From positions 17,642 through 81,641 of IMG/VR virus record IMGVR_UViG_3300010399_000005: a stretch of DNA of 64,000 nucleotides, one strand, 5' to 3'. Below are positions 56,421 through 64,000 of the stretch, one piece after another. The translations under genes were made by a program, and so were the position numbers. Under the pieces are notes generated by a model that worked only from the letters and a program-made list of their open reading frames with translations, was not told the origin of the DNA and ran no database searches. How positions within the stretch are numbered: position 1 is the stretch's first letter; every line of letters begins with the position of its first letter. This DNA comes from a virus.

Positions 56421-56620
56421 AGCTCATACGACTTGCTCCATACAACTACGAGCTGATCATACTCGATCGTTGGCGAGTACCCTACGCTCCGGCATACGGG
56501 TGGCGGCGAGTACGCTACCCATATAAGAGCGGTGATGTCACGGTGCTTGGTCCTCAAGTGTTCGTCTCTGAGGATGAGACCGTCATCAACTGGCGTGGCG
56601 TCAACTATGGGAGGTTGTGA
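56417..56620 (+). CDS. Small hypothetical protein coupled to Ro60
   Basis: GTGA overlap with the rsr stop; LGPQVF...VINWRGVNY motif. Confidence 0.6.
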   Translation: MKLIRLAPYNYELIILDRWRVPYAPAYGWRRVRYPYKSGDVTVLGPQVFVSEDETVINWRGVNYGRL

Positions 56621-56630
56621 TAGAGTAGAT

Positions 56631-57060
56631 GTTTCTCCACAAGTCTGCTGGCACTCGCTCCGCGCTACACGGAGGAGCATGTGAGACTCAGCTTAATCGT
56701 ACAGGCATCACGACGAGGCACCGCACCTAGAGGCGAAGTTCAGTGATGTTGTAGGCGAGCTTCGTGAGACTTCCCGGTCACTGAAACCAGCCAGACTGGT
56801 GTAGACCGCTGACGAGCGTGGAGGGTCGGGTCCTCCTCGGGAAGCGCATCAAGCTGCGAGAGTCCCCATCCCTACCTCCCCCATTCGCGCGTGGGGACTC
56901 TCCAGCTTGGTACACTAGACCCCGTCGGTTGTCGCACTGGGAGCCACCCTCCTTCAGTGAAACTTCGACCAGAGTGATGGTCGAAGCCGACGTCGTGGGA
57001 GTCTCCATCCGGTCTCACTCTCCCTCTTCCACCGGGTGGAGGCTCCTCGATCGGTGACCG
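56631..57060 (+). ncRNA. Large structured non-coding RNA candidate
   Basis: No convincing ORF; at least six helices, a long-range closing stem 56775-56784/57051-57060 and loop-loop complementarity; extended -10 TGA-TAGAGT at 56618-56626. Confidence 0.6.
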
Positions 57061-57135
57061 TTGGACCACACTTCGGTGTAGACTAAGACACAACATTGAC
57101 TTGGACAACCTGTCCCCCGGACACGAGGAACACTG

Positions 57136-57705
57136 ATGAGAAGCTTCACTCAGGACTACGTCCTGCGCGACTACGACTTTGACACGGGTCGTATGCGAAT
57201 GGTCTCGTTCAATGGTAGACGCGTCGCCGACGCCTCCAGCCGTGAGATTGAGCACAGCCACTCGCCCGACCGCAAGGCCCAGCGTGGTGAGCGCTGCTCG
57301 GCGTGCCGCTGGCTGGAGGTGCGGATCTACATCGCTAACGACGAGTCGTCTGGCACCGCCTACGTTCTCGAGACGGTCGGTCGCTCCCTGGTTGACGGCG
57401 AGCACGATCGCTTCAGGACCCGGCGGTTCCGTGACCCATGGCTGGTCATCGCCAAGCTGGCCAAGCGTCACGATGACACGACGTTCCTCCCTCTAGTCGC
57501 TCAACGCGCCCTCTCGGAGGCCGCCGAGTACGACGGTCGACTGGCCGAGCTTCTCGACACACTCGAACTCGACTCTCACGAAGTTCGCTACACCGACGAC
57601 TCCGAACGAGGCGTCGACGTCGTGGAGCCTGAGGTCGAGGATGAGGACCGATACAACCTCATCGACCCAGCGCGTCACCCGAGCGCTCACGTGTACGGAG
57701 GTTAG
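57136..57705 (+). CDS. Hypothetical protein
   Basis: GAGGA RBS; C..CRW.E..IY...YV..TVG.S.V.GE pattern. Confidence 0.7.
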   Translation: MRSFTQDYVLRDYDFDTGRMRMVSFNGRRVADASSREIEHSHSPDRKAQRGERCSACRWLEVRIYIANDESSGTAYVLETVGRSLVDGEHDRFRTRRFRDPWLVIAKLAKRHDDTTFLPLVAQRALSEAAEYDGRLAELLDTLELDSHEVRYTDDSERGVDVVEPEVEDEDRYNLIDPARHPSAHVYGG

Positions 57706-57707
57706 TT

Positions 57708-58085
57708 GTGGGCGATCGCGGTTCTCATCCCGATCTTCAGGAAGTCTCACCCATACTTCTTAAGCTTCTTCAGGAGGCCGGTGATGAGTACGGACCACTC
57801 GGTGTCGCCCGTGTGGCAGCACAGTTGACGGACGTCGAGGTACTTCTTCAAGCGCTTGGTTATGATCCTCTCCCCGAAGACGATGAGGTCAGCATACGAG
57901 TGTCAGCACTCGAGCTCGCTGTTAAGTCGCATCCACCCATCGCCGGTGCTCCGCACGACACGTGCTTCACGAAGCGTGCCTCGGTCTTTGCGCACTTCTT
58001 AAGGACCGGTGAGTCCGCTCCGGCTGAAGCACACGTTCCCGAGCCAGGCGATCCGTACGAACCACCAGTCATCGAGTCGATGTGA
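57708..58085 (+). CDS. Hypothetical protein
   Basis: GGAGG RBS; coupled to the kinase gene. Confidence 0.6.
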   Translation: MGDRGSHPDLQEVSPILLKLLQEAGDEYGPLGVARVAAQLTDVEVLLQALGYDPLPEDDEVSIRVSALELAVKSHPPIAGAPHDTCFTKRASVFAHFLRTGESAPAEAHVPEPGDPYEPPVIESM

Positions 58086-59023
58086 TCATCGTCGTCGAGG
58101 GCACGGACTTAAGTGGGAAGAGTACATTCGTTAAGACTCTTCGCGAGTACAGGCCTGACCTCGAGCTCGTGAAGTGCAGTGCTCCTAAGCCTAAAGCCGA
58201 CCCATTCATCGAGTATGAACACGTGCTGTACCCCTTCATCGACTCGGACACTCCAGTGGTCTGTGATCGTCTCCACTGGGGAGAGCGCGTGTACGGTCCA
58301 CTCATTAGAGGTCGCGATCGCTTAGGAGTCGCAGGCTGGCGACACGTGGAGCTGTTCCTCGTAGCACACGGTGCCGTCGGTGTGTACATGATCCAGGACG
58401 AGTCGACTCTCACGAGTCGCTACCAAGTCCGCGGTGATGAGCATCGTACTCTTCACGAGATCCTACGAGCTCGTGAGCGCTACCGAGATGAGTGTCTTCC
58501 AGACACGATACTCCCCTGGTTTACTCCCGACGATACGTCGTTTCAGACCGTCCAGAAGATACTCAGTCGTGCGAACTGGGGCTCTCTCAAGCCTCCTGAC
58601 CCGTGCTACATCGGTAAGCCGTGGCCAAATGCCCTACTCTTTGGTGAGAAGCGAAACGTCACGACCGATCGCTCGGCGTTCGTACCTCGTGGCTCTACCA
58701 GTGGACGCTGGCTACTCGAGTACCTACCCGATCCGTTCTGGAGACGCATCGGCATCACTAACGCGTGTGAGGACAGCGACCCTGTGCAGACGTGGGAGTG
58801 GGCGGGTCGACCACCGGCCGTCGCACTGGGTCGCAAGGCACACGAGGCTCTGGTGAAGGCTAACGTACCTCACTCAGCCGTTCCACATCCTCAGTACGTA
58901 AGACGCTTTCTTCACGCTGACCTCGTTGAGTACGGACGACTCATCGAGTCGGTCGTCGGTCAGAACACCGATCACCTCAAGTGGCGAGGTGAACGTGAGA
59001 CCGAAGACCTGATACAATCATAA
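58082..59023 (+). CDS. Thymidylate-kinase-like P-loop NMP kinase fused to a UDG-like C-terminal domain
   Basis: IVVEGTDLSGKST, DR.HWGE.VYG; C-terminal LLFGE, SG..L, ITNA, VALGR.A, PHPQY. Confidence 0.75.
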   Translation: MIIVVEGTDLSGKSTFVKTLREYRPDLELVKCSAPKPKADPFIEYEHVLYPFIDSDTPVVCDRLHWGERVYGPLIRGRDRLGVAGWRHVELFLVAHGAVGVYMIQDESTLTSRYQVRGDEHRTLHEILRARERYRDECLPDTILPWFTPDDTSFQTVQKILSRANWGSLKPPDPCYIGKPWPNALLFGEKRNVTTDRSAFVPRGSTSGRWLLEYLPDPFWRRIGITNACEDSDPVQTWEWAGRPPAVALGRKAHEALVKANVPHSAVPHPQYVRRFLHADLVEYGRLIESVVGQNTDHLKWRGERETEDLIQS

Positions 59024-59201
59024 CCGACATACGATACACATAAGGAGTTGTGATGGCTGATATAGCACTCTCAGCATTCTTGAGCATCTGTGTGATCTGC
59101 TACACGGCCTACCGTATGTACGACCTGCGTCTGCAGTACCCAAGCCGTTGGGACCCGGGTGACACCGGTGACATTATCAATGAGATTAGGGAGAACGACC
59201 A

Positions 59202-59552
59202 GTGAAGCGTCTTATCACCATCTGTATCGCGGTGCTCGTGCTCGCGGGCTGCGGCACCAGTACCGATGAGTGGATCCAGGGGACCGTCAGCAACAAGGAG
59301 CGCACCTGCTTCTCGGCGAAGGACTGTCGGTTCATGGTGTACACTGACGTGGAGAACTTCGAGATCACTGACCAGGTGTTCGGGCGTAAGAACTCGAGCG
59401 ACGTGTACGGCAAGATCAAGGTCGGCGGGACCTACAAGTTCCACGCCATCGGCTACCGCAACCCAACCTTCACCAAGTTCCGCAACATCCTCGAGATCAA
59501 CGAGGTCACCACGACGACGACGACGATCGCGATCGTCACCACGACGAGGTAA
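59202..59552 (+). CDS. Lipoprotein
   Basis: Signal peptide with lipobox LAGC; beta-rich domain; poly-Thr tail. Confidence 0.7.
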   Translation: MKRLITICIAVLVLAGCGTSTDEWIQGTVSNKERTCFSAKDCRFMVYTDVENFEITDQVFGRKNSSDVYGKIKVGGTYKFHAIGYRNPTFTKFRNILEINEVTTTTTTIAIVTTTR

Positions 59553-59557
59553 CACAA

Positions 59558-59785
59558 GTGAGACGAGTGTTACACGTACCGATGGCCGACCTACGCGAGG
59601 GTGATCTTATCACGCTCTCGTACAGTCACAACTTTGCTGACAGTGCCGGCACCAAACAAGAACGAGTCATTGAATCACGTCCAAGTGATGACGGTGATAT
59701 GTCGTGGTACATCAAGACCGACGGCGACTTCTTCACCTGCTTTGGTGACCCGTGGCAGCAGTACACCCTGCTCTTGGACCTCTGA
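59558..59785 (+). CDS. Small hypothetical protein
   Basis: Operon packing; DLREGDLI SH3-like start. Confidence 0.5.
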   Translation: MRRVLHVPMADLREGDLITLSYSHNFADSAGTKQERVIESRPSDDGDMSWYIKTDGDFFTCFGDPWQQYTLLLDL

Positions 59786-59995
59786 TGCAGCTCGTCCAAG
59801 TTAGAGGTGGGATTCGGGAGGGTCGATACCAGGCCTTCGGTGGTCGGTTTGGGCCTGGTAAAGTTCACACATGCCTCTATGATAGCGAACGAAAGGGATG
59901 GTTCCTAGTGTGTCGTCTCAGAGACGTCGGTTGGTGGCCCTATCACGGTGAGCGTGTCGACGTCTCTACGCCTGTGACGTGTAAGAAGTGTCTTC

Positions 59996-61003
59996 GTGGC
60001 TGACCGAAACCGCATCGTCACGGACAACATGCAGTTCGGTTACCGTGAGGTGATCGAGAGCATCAAGCAGTACGGCAGTGTGACCGCACCTCGCGACCAA
60101 CCGACTCTCGAGCTGTCGGACTTCCAGCTGCTGCTTCTCGACCCAAGCATGTCGGTGCCCTGGGGGATCGGACGACAGCTGAACCTCACCATTGCGTCGG
60201 CTGAGCTGGTGCAGCTCATCGGTGGGTACTCCGACCTGCAGCAGCTTACCTCGATCGCCCCTCGGTTCGCCGACTTCGCCGACGGCGGCCGTCTGCGAGG
60301 TGCGTACGGCCCTAGACTCCACGACCAGCTCCCTCTGGTGCTTCGACGGCTAGCAACTGACCGCGACACCAGGCAGGCCGTAGCGACGATCTGGAGGCCC
60401 AGTGACCTCGCACAGCCGAGTCGTGACGTGCCGTGCACTGTCTCGCTGAGCTGGACGATACGCGATGGTGTGCTGGACATGCACACGCACATGCGCTCGA
60501 ATGATGCGTGGCTTGGAATGTGTTACGACGTGCCGATCTTCACCGCACTCCAGCGTTCACTCGCTCACGTGCTGAACATCGGGACCGGAGTGTACGTACA
60601 CAACGTCACTTCTCTTCACATCTACGAGCGTGATCTCGACGCGACCAAGCGACTTCACAATCTTCCAGCGAGTCACGATCCTGATGAGTTTGTGGACAAG
60701 GTCCCACCACTCATCACGTACGATGACCCACTCGGACCAGAGGGTATGACACGAGTCGACCCCGTGACCGAGCTACCACCACTACGCTGGCTCATGACTC
60801 GTGAGCTTGCCCGACGAATCGGCATGGGTCGAGTCGAGACGACGGATATCAACGAGTGGAACGCCGTGCACATCCACCGACTCTTCCACCACCAGCCCAG
60901 ACCTCGCATGATCTGTCGGTGGTGTGACTACGTGTACGATCCCGGCGAGACCACACCGCTCAACCCGTGCATCGAGTGTACCGTGATGGAGAACGTTCAG
61001 TGA
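59996..61003 (+). CDS. Thymidylate synthase-family pyrimidine (hydroxy)methylase, dCMP-type signature
   Basis: GAYGPRL, DTRQAV, catalytic DVPCT, MRSNDAWLGMCYD, SLHIYE. Confidence 0.85.
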   Translation: MADRNRIVTDNMQFGYREVIESIKQYGSVTAPRDQPTLELSDFQLLLLDPSMSVPWGIGRQLNLTIASAELVQLIGGYSDLQQLTSIAPRFADFADGGRLRGAYGPRLHDQLPLVLRRLATDRDTRQAVATIWRPSDLAQPSRDVPCTVSLSWTIRDGVLDMHTHMRSNDAWLGMCYDVPIFTALQRSLAHVLNIGTGVYVHNVTSLHIYERDLDATKRLHNLPASHDPDEFVDKVPPLITYDDPLGPEGMTRVDPVTELPPLRWLMTRELARRIGMGRVETTDINEWNAVHIHRLFHHQPRPRMICRWCDYVYDPGETTPLNPCIECTVMENVQ

Positions 61004-61160
61004 TCTACGTGACACGCATCCCCGAGTCCGCGAGGTCTGATCATCCCGACGCCGCGTGGCACATTTGGAATGATCGAGATGAACGAATCGTGATCACACA
61101 GGAAGAGCTTCAGTCGATGGTTAAACTCTTCCTCGCGTTCGCCGATCCCGCGAGTCTCTG

Positions 61161-61628
61161 ATGAAACGCTCTTCCTGGGACGACACATGGATGTCCGTGG
61201 CGCGCTCGATCGCGAAGCGTAGTCGTTGTGTGCGCGGTCAGATCGGCGCGGTCGTCGTCGACCCGCGCAACCGTGTTGTGGCGGTTGGCTACACCGGACC
61301 ACCCGCGGGTTATCCTGATGAAGGACCATGTAGTGACTTCTGTGAGCGTGCGATCTACGGTCCACGAGCTGACACATTGAAGTCTTACAGTGATTGCTGC
61401 TCAATACACGCCGAACAGAACTCACTACTCGTCTGTGATCGAACCGATCGTGTGGGTGGCACTATCTACTCAACGAGTGACGTTTGTTGGAGTTGTGCTA
61501 AAATGATCGCGAACTCCGGACTCTCACGCGTCGTTGTCCAGGTCACTCACTCGGACTACCGCGATCCCGAGCGCTCATATGAGCTGCTGCGCATGTGTGG
61601 TCTCGAGGTAAAGCTCGTGTCGCAGTGA
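61161..61628 (+). CDS. dCMP deaminase
   Basis: RSRC...IGAVVV, GY.G.P.G, HAEQN, C..C..MI.NSG. Confidence 0.9.
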   Translation: MKRSSWDDTWMSVARSIAKRSRCVRGQIGAVVVDPRNRVVAVGYTGPPAGYPDEGPCSDFCERAIYGPRADTLKSYSDCCSIHAEQNSLLVCDRTDRVGGTIYSTSDVCWSCAKMIANSGLSRVVVQVTHSDYRDPERSYELLRMCGLEVKLVSQ

Positions 61629-61885
61629 AGTACCGTGACGTCTGGAACGATCGTCTCCTCCTCGAGGATGAACGTCACTGTCGTCAGTGTGACCGTGAAC
61701 TACTCGATGAGCACGGACGTGTGCTACGTTCGATCTTTAGGTTTCCCGTGAGCCCCATCATCGGCCCGGAGCTTGAAGAGTTTGATGATGGCAAGTATTA
61801 TGAGGTCGACTACGTGTACTGTAAAGAGCGCTGTAAACAGTCTTTCCAGTCCTGGGACACCGACTCGGCCGCTGGGCTGCGGTGA
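61623..61885 (+). CDS. Small Zn-finger protein
   Basis: CRQC...YCKERC; GTG overlaps the deaminase stop. Confidence 0.55.
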
Positions 61886-63660
61886 GTCTCGACGACGTAC
61901 AAGTCACGAAGGTCGACACATGGGCCGACGCCGAACGATGCGTCCAGTGGCTGACCGACCTGGGTACCGGCGTTCTCGCCATCGACACCGAGACGCACGG
62001 CTTCAACCCACATGAACATCCCATCAGACTTGGCCAGCTCGGTGATGACCGACAGGCGTGGGTGTTCGAGTGCGAGGGTCGTCGTTCGTGGACCGGCTTC
62101 TTCGTCGAGCTGATCGAGAGGTTTCCCGGAACGTTCGTCGGTCACAATCTGAAGTTCGATGAACGTGTGATTCGTAAGTCGCTCGGAGTGCAGCTACCAC
62201 TCGACCGCTGTCACGACACCATGCTCATGTCCAGGGTGGTCGATCCTACCCGCTCGGCCGCCCTGAAGCGGCTCAGCTCACAGCTGGTTGATCCCCGTGC
62301 AGCGGTACTGCAGTCCCAGCTTGATGATGCCATGAAGGCATCGGGGTTCACCTGGTCGACGGTCCCACTCTCATTCGACAAGTACTGGATGTATGGTGGG
62401 ATCGATGCCGTGCTCACTCGTCAGGTACATGACATCTTGCTACCACGCGTGCAGGCCACCGCTCCTCGAGCGTACGAGCTTGAACTCACAGTGTCTTCAG
62501 TTTGTGGCAAGATGGAAGATCACGGTGTACGAGTCGACACCGCTCGAGCTCGTACCAAGCACGATGAGCTACTCAAGTACTGCGATGATCTCTCAGCGTA
62601 CTGCGAACGTCACTACGGTGTGGACCCCGCGAAGAACGCGAAGGTCATCGAGTACCTACAGGACCAGGGGTTCACCTTCACGACATTGACGAAGGGTGGG
62701 TCGATCGCTCTGGACGCTGAGGTGCTCGCGACGGTTGATCATCCCGTGTCACAGCTCGTGCTTCAGCGGCGCAAGGCGCAGAAGATCGCACGAACGTATC
62801 TACGGCACTTCTTCGAGGACGTCGATGAAGATGCTCGACTCCACCCAAGCGTGAACTTCATCGCGGCCCAGACCGGTCGCATGTCGATGAGCAATGTCAA
62901 TTTACAGAATCTCCCACGAAGTAGTGAAAGTAATCCACTCGCGGAACTTGTGCGATCGTGTATCATACCCGCATCAGATCACACACTTGTGTTTGCTGAC
63001 TTTTCACAGATTGAGTTTCGTCTCTTTGCTTCACTAAGTGAAGATCAAGATCTCATTCATGCATTCGATGCTGATGACTTTTTCACGGAAATGGCTCGTG
63101 GTATCTTTAATGATCCAAGCATCCAGAAGAAAGATCCCAGGCGTCAGATAACTAAAAATGCAATGTATGCGACCATTTATGGTGCTGGCAATGAGAAGTT
63201 CGCTTGGACTGCAGGTGTAAGTCTCACTGAAGCCAAAGAGTTCATGGCACTTCTTAATCGTCGCTTTCCTGCCATCAAGCGACTCCAGCGCCGTATCACT
63301 GAAGAAGGTGAACGAAATCTTCGTGAGACAGGACAAGCTTCAGTATTGGGACCGCTCTTTGAACGGCGATTCGCGATTGACGATGATAAGATCTATAAGC
63401 TTGTCAACTACATGGTACAGGGATCAGCAGCGCAAGTCTTAAAGCTAAAACTCATTCAGCTTGCTCAAGCAGGACTTCAAGATTACCTAGTTATTCCCGT
63501 ACATGACGAGGTGATACTTGAAGTCCCTGATGACAGACTCAGTGACACGATACATACGGTGAGTGACATCATGAATGATGATACGATGTTTGCTGTACCA
63601 CTCGAAGCTGAGATCACAATCGGTAAGTCGTGGGGAGCTAAAAGACCATATGTCAACTAG
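61882..63660 (+). CDS. polA: DNA polymerase family A (3'-5' exonuclease plus polymerase)
   Basis: AIDTET, HNLKFD, HDTM, TGRMS, NLQNLP, motif A ADFSQIEFR, motif B R..TK...YATIYG, motif C VHDE. Confidence 0.95.
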   Translation: MSLDDVQVTKVDTWADAERCVQWLTDLGTGVLAIDTETHGFNPHEHPIRLGQLGDDRQAWVFECEGRRSWTGFFVELIERFPGTFVGHNLKFDERVIRKSLGVQLPLDRCHDTMLMSRVVDPTRSAALKRLSSQLVDPRAAVLQSQLDDAMKASGFTWSTVPLSFDKYWMYGGIDAVLTRQVHDILLPRVQATAPRAYELELTVSSVCGKMEDHGVRVDTARARTKHDELLKYCDDLSAYCERHYGVDPAKNAKVIEYLQDQGFTFTTLTKGGSIALDAEVLATVDHPVSQLVLQRRKAQKIARTYLRHFFEDVDEDARLHPSVNFIAAQTGRMSMSNVNLQNLPRSSESNPLAELVRSCIIPASDHTLVFADFSQIEFRLFASLSEDQDLIHAFDADDFFTEMARGIFNDPSIQKKDPRRQITKNAMYATIYGAGNEKFAWTAGVSLTEAKEFMALLNRRFPAIKRLQRRITEEGERNLRETGQASVLGPLFERRFAIDDDKIYKLVNYMVQGSAAQVLKLKLIQLAQAGLQDYLVIPVHDEVILEVPDDRLSDTIHTVSDIMNDDTMFAVPLEAEITIGKSWGAKRPYVN

Positions 63661-63794
63661 TTATGTAAAGGTTGCACTTGAACACTATGGTCCTGCACCC
63701 TGGATGTGTTCGTACTTGTAATTCATTGATCAAGCAGCTCGGCCCAAAATCTGATGAAGGACATGTTCATCACTGGGCAAGATCCACAACCTGA
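63650..63794 (+). pseudogene. Decayed HNH endonuclease-like remnant
   Basis: MSTSYVKVALEHYGPAPWMCSY, then a 1-nt shift gives CNSLIKQLGPKSDEGHVHH (CxxC...VHH), truncated before the Asn/His half. Confidence 0.5.
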
Positions 63795-63832
63795 TACAAT
63801 CGGAACCACGTCGACTCGAAGAGTGAACTGAG

Positions 63833-64000
63833 ATGAGTGACTTGGGATACATCATAGGTGTCGACCCCGGCACGACAACCGGGATAGTCGTCTGGGACAA
63901 CACCCAGCGCCAGATCATGGATCAGTTCGCGGGTACTCCCTACGACTCACTCGCGTACATCTCATCGCTGTTGTGTGCGTGGGTGGTCGACATGAAGCTA
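63833..64000 (+). CDS. RuvC-like Holliday junction resolvase (partial)
   Basis: MSDLGYIIGVDPGTTTGIVVW; open to the window end. Confidence 0.75.
   Translation, partial: MSDLGYIIGVDPGTTTGIVVWDNTQRQIMDQFAGTPYDSLAYISSLLCAWVVDMKL

Noticed and set aside
56809-56990. Hammerhead ribozyme (CTGACGAG...GAAAC plus hairpin)
   Set aside because: The stem after GAAA is followed by CC rather than the required UH, stem II would be very large, and no stem I is evident.
53888-57705. RtcB/RtcA RNA-repair genes beside Ro60
   Set aside because: Neighbouring ORFs lack RtcB or RtcA motifs; such genes could lie outside the window.

Overview
This window is a 64-kb stretch of a GC-rich tailed dsDNA (siphovirus-type) bacteriophage. 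WhiB, DUF397 and leaderless-type promoters point to an actinobacterial host. No integrase, CRISPR or host housekeeping genes are visible. Left and centre, on the minus strand, is the virion module: terminase, portal, a stand-alone ADP-ribosyltransferase (ART), a MuF-ART fusion, maturation protease, capsid, tail and tape measure. It is interrupted by a sugar-modification cluster and an oppositely oriented island of small genes with repeated strong promoters. Then come WhiB, an exoribonuclease, lysis and membrane genes, a probable replication origin and a split primase/helicase. The right arm (plus strand) holds a Ro60/TROVE gene, nucleotide-metabolism genes and DNA polymerase A. The most striking signal is an RNA-rich system. 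Three tandem Y RNAs, one with a circularly permuted tRNA domain, sit directly upstream of Ro60. A ~430-nt highly structured RNA with a possible kissing loop lies downstream. A separate 192-nt tRNA/tmRNA-shaped RNA sits next to the exoribonuclease. A second candidate system is a set of head proteins carrying cargo domains (two ARTs with different catalytic signatures) behind a shared E-T-F/L motif. All calls come from reading motifs and base-pairing by eye; no searches or folding programs were run.
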